Assembly (NCBI GenBank): GCA_945861535.1
Contig: CAMAUZ010000029.1
Location: forward strand, 7,935 to 71,934
Direction: 5' to 3'
Length of the DNA stretch: 64,000 nucleotides
From: Akkermansia muciniphila
GTDB lineage: Bacteria > Verrucomicrobiota > Verrucomicrobiia > Limisphaerales > BJHT01
Below, piece by piece: positions 46,058 to 55,504 of this stretch. Under the pieces are notes generated by a model, which had not been told where the DNA came from, ran no database searches, and was given only the letters and a program-made list of their open reading frames with translations. The position numbers and the translations under genes were made by a program. Each line of letters begins with the position of its first letter. The stretch's first letter is position 1.

Positions 46058-46843
46058 ATGTCTTTTTACTTTGTGTTTCTCGGAACCGGCACGTCGGTGG
46101 GCGTGCCGGTGATCGGTCGTGATTATCCCGCGGCGTTTCTGGCGAACCCGAAGAATCACCGGACGCGCACCTCGATCTATGTGGCGACGGAGGCGACGCG
46201 GCTGGTGGTGGACACAACGCCGGAGTTTCGCCTCCAAGCCTTGCGCGAAAAGATCGGCTGGCTAGACGCGGTGATCATCACACACGCGCACGCGGATCAC
46301 ATCATGGGCCTGGATGATTGCCGGCGGATTTGCGATCTGCGCGGCGGGGCGCTGCCGGTGTATGCCGGGGCGGCGACGATGGCGGATTTGCAGCGGGTGT
46401 TTTCGTACGCTTTTCATGCCGGGCCGCATCCGAAGGGCTACTTCGTGCCGGAGCCGCGGATCGTGGAGGGGCCGTTCCCGGTGAACGATCTCGAGGTCAC
46501 ACCGCTGGCGTTGCCGCATGGGAAAACCCAGACGAATGGCTATCTCTTCACGCAGGGCGGGCGCAAGCGGCTGGCGTATCTGAGTGATTGCAAGGAGGTG
46601 CCGGCGGCGGTGGTGGACCTGATCCGCGGGGTCGAGGTGGTGGTGCTGGATGCGTTGCGCAAGGAACCGCACTGGACGCACATGTGCCTGGATGAAGCGC
46701 TCACGGCGGCACGGCGCATCGGCGCAGGGCGAACTTTTCTCACGCATCTCACGCATGACTACGACCACGACGTGGATCAGGCGGAACTGCCGCCGGGCGT
46801 GGAACTGGCGTATGACGGGCTGAAGGTGTTCGGGGAGGCGTGA
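46058..46843 (+). CDS. MBL-fold metallo-hydrolase (PhnP/GPMB-like)
   Basis: '[11 protein letters not shown]' and '[12 protein letters not shown]'. Confidence 0.8.
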   Translation: MSFYFVFLGTGTSVGVPVIGRDYPAAFLANPKNHRTRTSIYVATEATRLVVDTTPEFRLQALREKIGWLDAVIITHAHADHIMGLDDCRRICDLRGGALPVYAGAATMADLQRVFSYAFHAGPHPKGYFVPEPRIVEGPFPVNDLEVTPLALPHGKTQTNGYLFTQGGRKRLAYLSDCKEVPAAVVDLIRGVEVVVLDALRKEPHWTHMCLDEALTAARRIGAGRTFLTHLTHDYDHDVDQAELPPGVELAYDGLKVFGEA

Positions 46844-46903
46844 GGCAGGGAAATTATGAACAAGAGAATTAGGGAATTTGGCAGGGGAATTTGGGGCAGG
46901 GGA

Positions 46904-48517
46904 ATGGGGAGGAGGGTTGGTGCGTGGTCGGGGGTGCTCTGGTTGGTGTTGGGGAATGCGCTGGCGTTCGCGGAGACCGGCGATTCGGTGGCGATTGTCT
47001 TCAACCGCCGCGTGCCCGAGTCGCGCAGGGTGGCGGAATATTACGCGGAAAAGCGGCGCGTGCCGGCGGCGCAGATTTTTGGTTTTGACCTGCCGGAGGG
47101 CGAGGCGATCACGCGGAAGGAGTATCGCGAGCAGTTGGAGCAGCCGCTGCTGGAAGAGTTGGTGCGGCGAAAGTTGTTCACGTTTCGCGAGGTCATGCGC
47201 CCGGCGACGCCGCAGAGAGCGGCGGCGCTGGTCCATCAGGTGGTCGAGGCGAAGATTCGTTATCTGGTGCTCTGTTACGGCATGCCGGCGCGGATTCTGG
47301 CCGAGGCGAACTGGCAGGAGCCGGAGATGGACCGGTGGATTCCGCAGTTCAAACGCAATGAGGCGGCGGTGGACAATGAGTTGTGCCTCCTGCCCGCCAA
47401 CCGCCAGAACCTCGCGCTCTTCGGCATGATCACCAATCCCTACTACGGCGCGACCAACGCCAATGTCTTCAATCCCACCAACGGCATGATCATGGTCGCG
47501 CGGCTCGATGGGCCGTCGGCCGTGATCGCGCGCGGGTTGGTGGACAAGGCGCTGCAGGCGGAGACGGACGGCCTGTGGGGCCGCGCGTATGTCGATGCAC
47601 GGGGCCTGACGAACGGCGTCTATCAAATGGGCGATGACTGGATGCGTGGCGCGGCGGAGGTGACGCGCAAGCTGGGCTTCGAGACCGTGTTGGATGAAAA
47701 GCCGGCGACGTTTCCGGCGACGATGCCGCTGAGTCAGGTGGCTTTCTATGCCGGCTGGTATGATGGGAATGCCTCGGGACCGTTTCTGCGCAAGCCGGTG
47801 GAATTCATGCCGGGGGCGTTTGCGTATCATCTGCATTCGTTCAGCGCGCACGCGATTCGCAGCACGGACGGGCACTGGGTGGGACCGCTGCTGGCGCGCG
47901 GGGCGACGATCACGATGGGGTGCGTAGAAGAGCCGTATCTCCAGTTCACGCCGAACATCGCGATCTTCGCGGCGCGGTTTTTGTACAGCGGCTTCAGTTT
48001 TGGCGAGGCGGCCTATGCCTCGCAGCAGGCGCTCTCGTGGCAGACCACCGTGATTGGCGATCCGCTGTATCGGCCGCGGTCCGTGAACGGCGCGGCGCGA
48101 CATGCGGACCTCCAGCGGCGCGGCAGCAGCCTGCTGGAGTGGTCGCATCTCGCCGTGGTGAACATGAATCTGGCGAAGGACTCGCCCGCCCTTGCGGCGG
48201 TGGAATATCTCGAGCGCGAGCCAGGCACGCGCTCCAGCGCCGTGTTGCAGGAGAAGCTGAGCGATCTCTACCAGGCCGCCGGCAAGCCGCTCAGTTCGCT
48301 GGATGCCTGCGTGAAGGCGCTGAAACTCAATCCCAGCCGCGAGCAAACGCTCCGGCTGTTGCACACGCTGGCGCGAAAACAGGCGGCGCTCGGACGGCCG
48401 GAGGAGGCCTTGGAAACCTTGCGGCAACTCCAGGCGAAGTTCCCAGATCACCCGGCCAGCGCCGAGGCCGGACCGCGGATTATGGAGTTGCTCGGGCAGT
48501 TGAAGAAGTCGCGATGA
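46904..48517 (+). CDS. Secreted protein with C-terminal TPR-like repeats (resembles the TIGR03790-type family, from memory)
   Basis: Signal peptide 'WSGVLWLVLGNALAFA' and 'VAIVFNRRVPESRRVAEYYAEKRRVP'. The ORF-track start at 46856 translates a GGGGAATTTGG-type repeat, so the ATG at 46904 is preferred. Confidence 0.6.
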   Translation: MGRRVGAWSGVLWLVLGNALAFAETGDSVAIVFNRRVPESRRVAEYYAEKRRVPAAQIFGFDLPEGEAITRKEYREQLEQPLLEELVRRKLFTFREVMRPATPQRAAALVHQVVEAKIRYLVLCYGMPARILAEANWQEPEMDRWIPQFKRNEAAVDNELCLLPANRQNLALFGMITNPYYGATNANVFNPTNGMIMVARLDGPSAVIARGLVDKALQAETDGLWGRAYVDARGLTNGVYQMGDDWMRGAAEVTRKLGFETVLDEKPATFPATMPLSQVAFYAGWYDGNASGPFLRKPVEFMPGAFAYHLHSFSAHAIRSTDGHWVGPLLARGATITMGCVEEPYLQFTPNIAIFAARFLYSGFSFGEAAYASQQALSWQTTVIGDPLYRPRSVNGAARHADLQRRGSSLLEWSHLAVVNMNLAKDSPALAAVEYLEREPGTRSSAVLQEKLSDLYQAAGKPLSSLDACVKALKLNPSREQTLRLLHTLARKQAALGRPEEALETLRQLQAKFPDHPASAEAGPRIMELLGQLKKSR

Positions 48518-48612
48518 AAGAGGGGCGAGGGCCGGAGAGACTCGGCGCTTGCCGCCAACATAGTTGCGGGCGGGCAGGCACGCAGCGAGGTCGCAGCGCC
48601 ATTTATATTGCT

Positions 48613-49473
48613 TCACTGCCGGCGTGCCGATCTCACCGCCCTCGGCACCCGACCGCTCTGAGCGACCGAGACGCTCGCACTCCCTCCTGACTCACCCCCG
48701 CTCCGAAACTGCGTCGGCGTCACCCCGGTCACCGCCCGAAACGCCCGGGTAAACGCGCTGTGGTCATAAAATCCGCACGCCAGCGCAATGTCCGCCACCG
48801 CGTGCTCCGTCTCGCGCAACAGCCTCGACGCCGCCGCCATCCGGGTCTTCGCAATGAACTGGCTCGGCGTCAGCCCGAAGAACCGCTTCATCAACCGCGC
48901 AAACCGGTGCGGCGCGAGCCGCGCCCGCTGCGCCAGCTTCGACGGCGTGACCGGCGCCGCCACGTCGCTCTCGAATTCATGCAACGCCGCCGCGAACCCC
49001 ACCGGAATCTCGCTCGTTTCAATCGGCGCCCGCACATCGCGCGAGATGCCGATCAACCCCACGATGCCGCCCTTCGCGTCCCGCAGCGGCAGCTTGGTCG
49101 TGAGACACCAACCCGGCTGGTGCGGCCGATACCAGTGCAGCTCCAGGTGATCCAGCAGCGGCCGTCCCGTGCGCAACACCGCGGCATCCTGCGCCGCCGG
49201 GACGCGCCCGAATTCTCCCGGACAGATGCCGCAGGGCCGCTTGCCCAGCACCTGGGATTTGTGTCGCAGCCCATGCCGCTCGACCAGCGAGGCATTCGCC
49301 GCCACGTACCGACCCGTCGCATCCTTGATGAAAAACGCCACGTCCGGCGCTTGATCGAACAGCTTCTCCAACACCGCCACCGCCACGGGCGACGGCGACG
49401 CCGCCACCAGCGCCACCACCGATGCCGTTGCCGATGCCGCCGTGCCGGAGCGCTGAGTTATGCGGGTTTTCAC
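48613..49473 (-). CDS. AraC-family transcriptional regulator with N-terminal PAS-like sensor
   Basis: C-terminal double HTH, 'IALACGFYDHSAFTRAFRAVTGVTPTQFR'. The N-terminal 'FFIKDATGRYVAANASLVERHG' is PAS-like. Confidence 0.8.
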   Translation of the reverse strand: MKTRITQRSGTAASATASVVALVAASPSPVAVAVLEKLFDQAPDVAFFIKDATGRYVAANASLVERHGLRHKSQVLGKRPCGICPGEFGRVPAAQDAAVLRTGRPLLDHLELHWYRPHQPGWCLTTKLPLRDAKGGIVGLIGISRDVRAPIETSEIPVGFAAALHEFESDVAAPVTPSKLAQRARLAPHRFARLMKRFFGLTPSQFIAKTRMAAASRLLRETEHAVADIALACGFYDHSAFTRAFRAVTGVTPTQFRSGGESGGSASVSVAQSGRVPRAVRSARRQ

Positions 49474-49530
49474 GTCAGCCGCAGGTTCTAATCCAAGACG
49501 CCGCGCCGGGCGATGCGATAAAGTTCACCC

Positions 49531-50634
49531 GTGAAAATCACCCGCATCTTTGCACATCGCGTCGAACTCCCGCTGCACGAGACCACCTACAAATGGTCCG
49601 GCGGCAAATCCGTCACCGTCTTTGACAGCACCGTCGTCGGTGTCGAGACCGACACCGGCCTCGTCGGCTACGGCGAGGTCTGTCCGCTCGGACCATTTTA
49701 TCTCCCCGCCTACGCCGACGGCGTCCGCGCCGGCCTGCGCGAACTCGGACCGCACCTGATCGGCGAAGATCCGCACCAGCTCACCAAACTCAACCGCACG
49801 ATGGACGCCGCGCTGAAGGGCCACCCCTACGTGAAGAGCGGCATCGACATCGCCTGCTGGGACCTCCTCGGCCACGCGACCGGCCTGCCCGTCTGCGAAC
49901 TGCTCGGCGGCCGTTATGGCGCGGACGTGCATCTCTACCGCGCCATCTCGCAGGAATCGCCCGAGCAGATGGCCGCGAAAGTCGCGGGCTATCGCGCCGA
50001 AGGCTACCGCCGCTTCCAGCTCAAGGTCGGCGGCAATCCTGACACGGACATCGCGCGGATCTTCGCCGTCGCCGCCCAGCTTCAGCCTGGCGACCGCCTC
50101 GTCGCCGACGCCAACACCGGCTGGGTCCAGCACGAAGCCGTGCGCGTCGCCAAGGCCGTGCGCGACGTGGACGTTTACATCGAGCAGCCCTGCCTGACCT
50201 ATGAGGAATGCCTCGCCGTCCGCCGCCAGATTCCGCATCCGTTCGTGCTCGACGAAAACATCGACGACCTCGGCATTCTCCTCCGCGCCAAGGCCGACCT
50301 CGCGATGGACGTGGTGAATCTGAAAATCAGCAAGCTCGGCGGCCTCACGAAAATCAAACAAGCCCGTGACCTCTGCGTGAGCATGGGCATCGGCATGACC
50401 CTCGAAGATTCCTGGGGCGGCGACATCGCCACCGCCGCCATCGCGCATCTCGCGCAGAGCACGCCCACCGAGTTCCTCTTCAGCACCACCGACTTCAACA
50501 GCTACGGCCCGGTGAGCATCGCCGACGGCGCGCCGCAACGCGTGAACGGCCGCATGGCCGCCAGCACCGCGCCCGGCCTCGGCATCATCCCGAAACTCGA
50601 CGTGCTCGGCAAACGCGTGGTCGTCGTGGAATGA
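49531..50634 (+). CDS. Enolase-superfamily enzyme (mandelate racemase/muconate lactonising enzyme family)
   Basis: 'FQLKVGG', 'ADANTGW', 'IEQP', 'LDENI', 'NLKISKLGG' (metal ligands and catalytic Lys positions). Divergent from the AraC gene. Confidence 0.8.
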   Translation: MKITRIFAHRVELPLHETTYKWSGGKSVTVFDSTVVGVETDTGLVGYGEVCPLGPFYLPAYADGVRAGLRELGPHLIGEDPHQLTKLNRTMDAALKGHPYVKSGIDIACWDLLGHATGLPVCELLGGRYGADVHLYRAISQESPEQMAAKVAGYRAEGYRRFQLKVGGNPDTDIARIFAVAAQLQPGDRLVADANTGWVQHEAVRVAKAVRDVDVYIEQPCLTYEECLAVRRQIPHPFVLDENIDDLGILLRAKADLAMDVVNLKISKLGGLTKIKQARDLCVSMGIGMTLEDSWGGDIATAAIAHLAQSTPTEFLFSTTDFNSYGPVSIADGAPQRVNGRMAASTAPGLGIIPKLDVLGKRVVVVE

Positions 50635-50673
50635 AGCGCAGACAAAAAAATTGGGCGAGCACACGCACCTCGC

Positions 50674-50812
50674 ATGTGGGGCAGGCATCCCTGCCTGCCA
50701 GTTACGGGGCATCCCTGCCCCGTGTTCCTATTTGTTACACACCGCACACTTCTCGAAGAAACGGGCGGCAGGGATGCCGCCCGAACTGGCAGGCTAGAAG
50801 CCTGCCCCACGT
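50674..50812. repeat. Family-7 composite palindrome with four GC-rich sub-hairpins
   Basis: Sub-hairpins GGCAGGCATCCCTGCCTGCC, ACGGGGCATCCCTGCCCCGT, CGGGCGGCAGGGATGCCGCCCG and GGCAGGCTAGAAGCCTGCC. Confidence 0.85.
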
Positions 50813-50873
50813 TGCCAGCGCACCCGAAGGTAGGTACGCTCCCCCTCTCAACACGCATGACCTCACCCCGCCC

Positions 50874-53063
50874 ATGAAACTCCTCCTCACCACCCTCCTG
50901 CTCCTCACCTCCCTCGCAGCCACTCCTGTCTCCTCGGCCCCCGCGCCCAATGCCCAAGCCCCTTATCGCCGCATGGACTTCGGCCCCGTGCTCTTCTGCA
51001 CCTACCAGGTTGCGCCCGGAAACATTGCGCAGAAAGGCCTCGCCATCCGCCTCGACGACGGCCCCGGCGGCGTGAGCAAAGGCCGCGCCTGGCTGGTGTA
51101 CGACCACGACACCATGCGCGTCGCCGCCGCAACGACCGGCGATTTCGTCGATTGGAAAGGCATCGCCTACGACGGCAGCCACGGCACCCACACCGGCTTG
51201 ACCGGCGACCGCCATTTCATCACGCCCGACGCGCCGGGCTGGGCCTCGCCCGACGGAAAATGGGACGACGTGCGCATCGAGGGCCGTGACAAGCGGCGCT
51301 TTGGTCCCCTGCCCCGCACCTGGATACACTACGAGGGACTCTACCTCCATGGAGCCAAAGCCGTCATCGCCGCGACCATCGGCGGCACCCGCGTGCTCGA
51401 ATCTCCCGGCTGGATTGAAAACGGTACGACCCCCGTCTTCACCCGCACGCTGAATGTCGCCGCCGCGAAAAAACCGCTGTCGCTCCGCGTCGCGCCCGAC
51501 TCGATCAACGTCGCCCTCACCGGCGATGGTTCGCTCCGCAAAGACGCCGGCTTCTGGCTCGCCGAACTGCCCGGTGCCGCCAAGACGCGCCTGTTCATCT
51601 CCCGCGCCGAACCCTCGGCACTCGCAGTGCTCGCGAAATCCACCACCACATCAACCGACCTCGATCCGCTCACCCACGGCGGCCCGTCGCGCTGGACGCA
51701 GGAAGTCACCACCACCTCGGTGCCCGGCAACGCCGACGGCGCGTTCATTGCCGACACCTTCCCGCTGCCCCTCGACAACCCGTGGCAAAGCTGGCTGCGC
51801 CCCGGCGGCGTCGATTTCACCCCGGACGGCAAAGCCGCCATCGTCGCCATGTGGAACGGCGATGTCTGGCGCGTCGATGGCCTCATGGCCGCCGCGCCCG
51901 CCCCGCTGCGCTGGAAGCGCCTCGCGAGCGGTCTCTTCCAGCCGCTCGGCGTGAAATTCCGCGGCGACGAACTTTTCATCACCTGCCGTGACCAGCTCGT
52001 GCGCCTGCGCGACCTCAACGGCGACGGCGAGATCGACTACCTCGAAAGCTTCAACAGCGACCACCAAGTCACCGAACATTTCCACGAATTCGCGATGGGC
52101 CTCCAGCTCGATGCGGCGGGAAATTTCTATTACGCCAAGTCCGCCCGCCACGCGCTGACCGCGCTCGTGCCGCACCACGGCACGCTCCTGCGCGTGAGCG
52201 CCGACGGCCAGCGCACCGACATCCTCGCCAATGGCTTTCGCGCCGCGAACGGCGTGTGCCTGAACGACGACGGCAGCTTTTTTGTCACCGATCAGGAAGG
52301 TCATTGGACCCCGAAGAACCGCATCAACCGCGTGAAGCCCGGCGGTTTCTACGGCAACATTTTCGGCTACACCGCCGTGACCAACACCGCGGATTCCGCG
52401 ATGGAACAGCCGATGGTGTGGATCACCAACGCCAAGGACCGCAGCCCCGCCGAACTGCTCTGGGTGCCGAAAAGTGCGTGGGGTTCCCTCGGCGGTTCGC
52501 TCCTCAATCTCAGCTACGGCACCGGCCGCGCCTTCATCGTGCCGCACGAAGAAATCGCCGGCCAATTCCAAGGCGCGGTGTGCGAACTGCCCCTGCCCAA
52601 TTTCCCCACCGGCATCATGCGCGGACGCTTCGCCGCCGATGGGGCGCTCTACACCTGCGGCCTGTTTGGCTGGGCGGGCAATGCCACCGCGCCCGGCGGC
52701 TTCCATCGCATCCGCCGCGGCACGCCACCCGCGCACGTCCCGCTGACGATCCACGCCGCGAAAGGCGCGCTGTCCGTGACCTTCAGCGACCCGCTCACGC
52801 CCGCCAGTATCAAGCCCGACGCGTTCGCCATGAAAGTCTGGTTCCTCAAACGCAGCGCCAGCTATGGCTCCAAGCACCACGAAGAACACCCGCTCGAAAT
52901 CACCGGCGCGCGCCTCGGCCCCGACGCCCGCACCGTGATCCTCACCATCCCGGCCCTCGTCCCCACGCAGTGCTACGAACTGAAAGTCAGCCTCCCGCTC
53001 CCCGACGGCACCACCCTCACCCGCTCGCTGCACGGAACGATTCACCAGCTTGCGGAGAAATGA
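50874..53063 (+). CDS. Secreted beta-propeller protein (SGL/soluble glucose dehydrogenase-like 'membrane-bound dehydrogenase domain' type)
   Basis: Signal peptide 'MKLLLTTLLLLTSLAATPVSSA'. 'RDLNGDGEIDY', 'ANGFRAANGVCLNDDGSFFVTDQEG' and 'VKPGGFYG' are typical of this PVC family. No heme-binding CxxCH tail was seen. Confidence 0.65.
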   Translation: MKLLLTTLLLLTSLAATPVSSAPAPNAQAPYRRMDFGPVLFCTYQVAPGNIAQKGLAIRLDDGPGGVSKGRAWLVYDHDTMRVAAATTGDFVDWKGIAYDGSHGTHTGLTGDRHFITPDAPGWASPDGKWDDVRIEGRDKRRFGPLPRTWIHYEGLYLHGAKAVIAATIGGTRVLESPGWIENGTTPVFTRTLNVAAAKKPLSLRVAPDSINVALTGDGSLRKDAGFWLAELPGAAKTRLFISRAEPSALAVLAKSTTTSTDLDPLTHGGPSRWTQEVTTTSVPGNADGAFIADTFPLPLDNPWQSWLRPGGVDFTPDGKAAIVAMWNGDVWRVDGLMAAAPAPLRWKRLASGLFQPLGVKFRGDELFITCRDQLVRLRDLNGDGEIDYLESFNSDHQVTEHFHEFAMGLQLDAAGNFYYAKSARHALTALVPHHGTLLRVSADGQRTDILANGFRAANGVCLNDDGSFFVTDQEGHWTPKNRINRVKPGGFYGNIFGYTAVTNTADSAMEQPMVWITNAKDRSPAELLWVPKSAWGSLGGSLLNLSYGTGRAFIVPHEEIAGQFQGAVCELPLPNFPTGIMRGRFAADGALYTCGLFGWAGNATAPGGFHRIRRGTPPAHVPLTIHAAKGALSVTFSDPLTPASIKPDAFAMKVWFLKRSASYGSKHHEEHPLEITGARLGPDARTVILTIPALVPTQCYELKVSLPLPDGTTLTRSLHGTIHQLAEK

Positions 53064-53548
53064 TCCCCGCACCGGGGGGCGGCTCGTTCCCGCCAACCAG
53101 TCGGCGACAGAACTGTTGCCGCCCCCATTGGGTTTTGGGCGCCTGACGACCCCGCGGCGGATTCGGTGGTTCGGTTTTCGCGGCGGCGCGGATTCTCTCA
53201 CGGTCCGCCACCTCGGGCTGCCGTCCGCGAATACACCCATCGCAGCCACGCCGCGACCCTGGCGGATTCTGCGGCCGGGAGCCGCCCTGTTGGCTGTGCT
53301 AGACGGACACCAAACTCCAGTTCAGCGCGTTGGCCCCAATCCCGTCCCCACGCCGATTTGGAATTCGGCGCTCCGCAAAACGCGCCGCGACGGCCCTGCG
53401 CAAACCTCAATTAGCTCCCCTCAAGCCCCCAACCCGCGAGAAGCATTTCTAAGTCACAAGCGCCCCGCATTCCGCGCGATAAATACTTTTCCCGCTCCGC
53501 CCGAGACATTAGTTGACGCGATTGGCGCCGTGCCCTTCCATCGCCGCC

Positions 53549-54427
53549 ATGCAAATCGAGAGTTTGAAAGTCTTCTGCGACCTCACCGAAACCGAAAGCT
53601 TCACCAAGGCCGCCCACATCAACGGCGTCACCCAGTCCGCGGTGAGCCAGCAGATCAGCTCCCTTGAGCGGCACTTCAAGTCCATGCTCATCGAGCGGAG
53701 CAAGAAGAAGTTCCGCCTCACCCGCGAAGGCCAGGTGCTCTACGAATACTGCAAACAGATCATCCAGACCTTCGACGCCCTCCACAATCGCATCCAGGAA
53801 ATCAAGGACATCGTCTCCGGCACCATCCGCGTCGCCACCATTTACAGCATCGGCCTGCACGACCTGCCGCCCTACATCAAGCGCTTCCTCAAGGCCTATC
53901 CCACGGTCAATGTCCACGTCGAGTACCGCCGCTCCAACCAGGTCTATGAAGACGTCCTCGGCAACGTCGTGGACCTCGGGTTGGTCGCCTATCCCACCAA
54001 GGATCCGCGCCTGGAAATCCTCCCGCTCCGCAAGGACATGCTCGCGATGATCTGTCATCCCAATCATCCCCTGGCGAAAAACCGCACGGTGAAACTCAGC
54101 TCGATCGCGGGTCAAAAATTCATCGGCTTCGAACCCGACATCCCCACCCGCAAAGCCATCGACAAAATCCTCAAGGACCGCGCCATCGCCGTGCAGCACG
54201 TCATGGAGTTCGACAATGTCGAAACCGTGAAACGCGCCGTCGAGATCGACGCCGGCATCTCCATCGTCCCCCAGGGAACCGTGGTGCAGGAAGTCGCCAA
54301 ACAAACGCTGATCCAGTTGCAGATCGAGGACGCCGATTTCTTCCGCCCCCTCGCCGCGATCTACAAAAAGAACAAGGTCCTCTCGCCGGCGATGAAACAG
54401 TTCCTGTCGATCGTGAAGGAGAGCTGA
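53549..54427 (+). CDS. LysR-family transcriptional regulator
   Basis: 'MQIESLKVFCDLTETESFTKAAHINGVTQSAVSQQISSLE' wHTH plus a LysR substrate-binding domain. Confidence 0.9.
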   Translation: MQIESLKVFCDLTETESFTKAAHINGVTQSAVSQQISSLERHFKSMLIERSKKKFRLTREGQVLYEYCKQIIQTFDALHNRIQEIKDIVSGTIRVATIYSIGLHDLPPYIKRFLKAYPTVNVHVEYRRSNQVYEDVLGNVVDLGLVAYPTKDPRLEILPLRKDMLAMICHPNHPLAKNRTVKLSSIAGQKFIGFEPDIPTRKAIDKILKDRAIAVQHVMEFDNVETVKRAVEIDAGISIVPQGTVVQEVAKQTLIQLQIEDADFFRPLAAIYKKNKVLSPAMKQFLSIVKES

Positions 54428-54557
54428 GCGCAGGCGGGTTTGCCCCGGAGTGCGCCCGTCCCCGGGCGCAGCGACGTCCAAAGTCATGGGCGCGGTGAAT
54501 CGGTCTCGGCAGCGCCCGAGAATCCCAGCCCACGGTCCCGCCCACGATGCCCTCCCC

Positions 54558-54654
54558 GATCCCGGAGGGATCGAAGAAATTAGCCGGTGGTGAAGCGCAG
54601 CGGAACCACCGGACAAGCCCTCCCCAGAACCGAGATTGCGTCCCGGAGGGACGC
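54558..54654. repeat. Family-2 left end (TTAG-hairpin arm plus GCGTCCCGGAGGGACGC hairpin)
   Basis: 'GAAATTAGCCGGTGGTGAAGCGCAGCGGAACCACCGG' followed by 'GCGTCCCGGAGGGACGC'. Confidence 0.8.
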
Positions 54655-54925
54655 GAGAGGCGCGGAAATGGAGATGGTGGTCAGTCATCCCGGCGCTGCG
54701 GTGGGGCGCGGGCACCGTCCCACGATGACACGCCCGGCGGGGACATAGCTCGCTTCTTTGAATCGGTCTCGCGTTTCCCCATCCCGTTGCCAACCGCCGT
54801 GATCATCCCAACCTCCGCCTTGGAGTTCTCCCTTTCGGGACCAAAGCAACCGGATGCCGAAAATGCGCGGCGCAACGGCTTGAAAAACGGATTGCTCATC
54901 GTCGCCGCGCAAGGATGCTTTCGTC

Positions 54926-55372
54926 ATGCCCTCAACACATCTCTCGCTTCATTACCATCTGGTTTTCAGCACCAAGGATCGTGAGCCGTGGTTCCGTCCA
55001 GATTTGCGGCCGCGAATTCACCAATACCTTGGCGGGGTGATTCGCAGTCTGGATGGCATCCCGCACGGAGTCGGCGGCATGGCCGATCATGTGCATGTCT
55101 TCGCAGGGTTGCGGGCCACTCATTGTCTGGCCGATGTGATGCGCGAACTGAAGAGCGACTCATCGCAGTGGGTGCATAAGGAACTCAAGCTGGGTGGCTT
55201 TGCGTGGCAGGAGGGGTATGGAGGATTCACGGTCAGCGCTTCAAATCTGGAGTCGGTGCGGAACTACGTCCTGAATCAGGAACGGCACCATCGGACCAAG
55301 ACGTTTCAGGAAGAGTATGTCGGGATGTTGAAACGGGGATTGGTGGAATACAAAGAAGCGCATCTGTGGTGA
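54926..55372 (+). CDS. IS200/IS605-family Y1 (HUH) transposase, RAYT-like (copy 2)
   Basis: 148 aa. 'LSLHYHLVFSTKDRE', HUH 'HVHVF', 'WQEGYGGFTVS', and Tyr-x3-Gln 'YVLNQ'. Clearly diverged from copy 1, so these are paralogues rather than copies of one IS. Confidence 0.85.
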   Translation: MPSTHLSLHYHLVFSTKDREPWFRPDLRPRIHQYLGGVIRSLDGIPHGVGGMADHVHVFAGLRATHCLADVMRELKSDSSQWVHKELKLGGFAWQEGYGGFTVSASNLESVRNYVLNQERHHRTKTFQEEYVGMLKRGLVEYKEAHLW

Positions 55373-55400
55373 GACGCCTTTCGCGGGTGCCACGCTTCTC

Positions 55401-55494
55401 TCGCCCCTCCGGGGCGAAGCATTGTTTTTGCCGTTGATCCGGTGGTTCCGCTGCGCTTCACCACCGGCTAATTTCTTTCGTGCCTCCGGCACGA
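55401..55494. repeat. Family-2 right end (CGCCCCTCCGGGGCG hairpin plus inverted TTAG-hairpin arm)
   Basis: 'CCGGTGGTTCCGCTGCGCTTCACCACCGGCTAATTTC'. Confidence 0.8.
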
Positions 55495-55504
55495 CGTCGG
55501 CCTC

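Larger units (their letters stand above)
54558..55494. mobile_element. REPtron-like locus 2: RAYT-like gene bracketed by inverted family-2 structured ends
   Basis: Left end 54558..54654 and right end 55401..55494 are inverted relative to each other. Both ends recur, joined without the gene, at 58590..58858. Confidence 0.65.
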
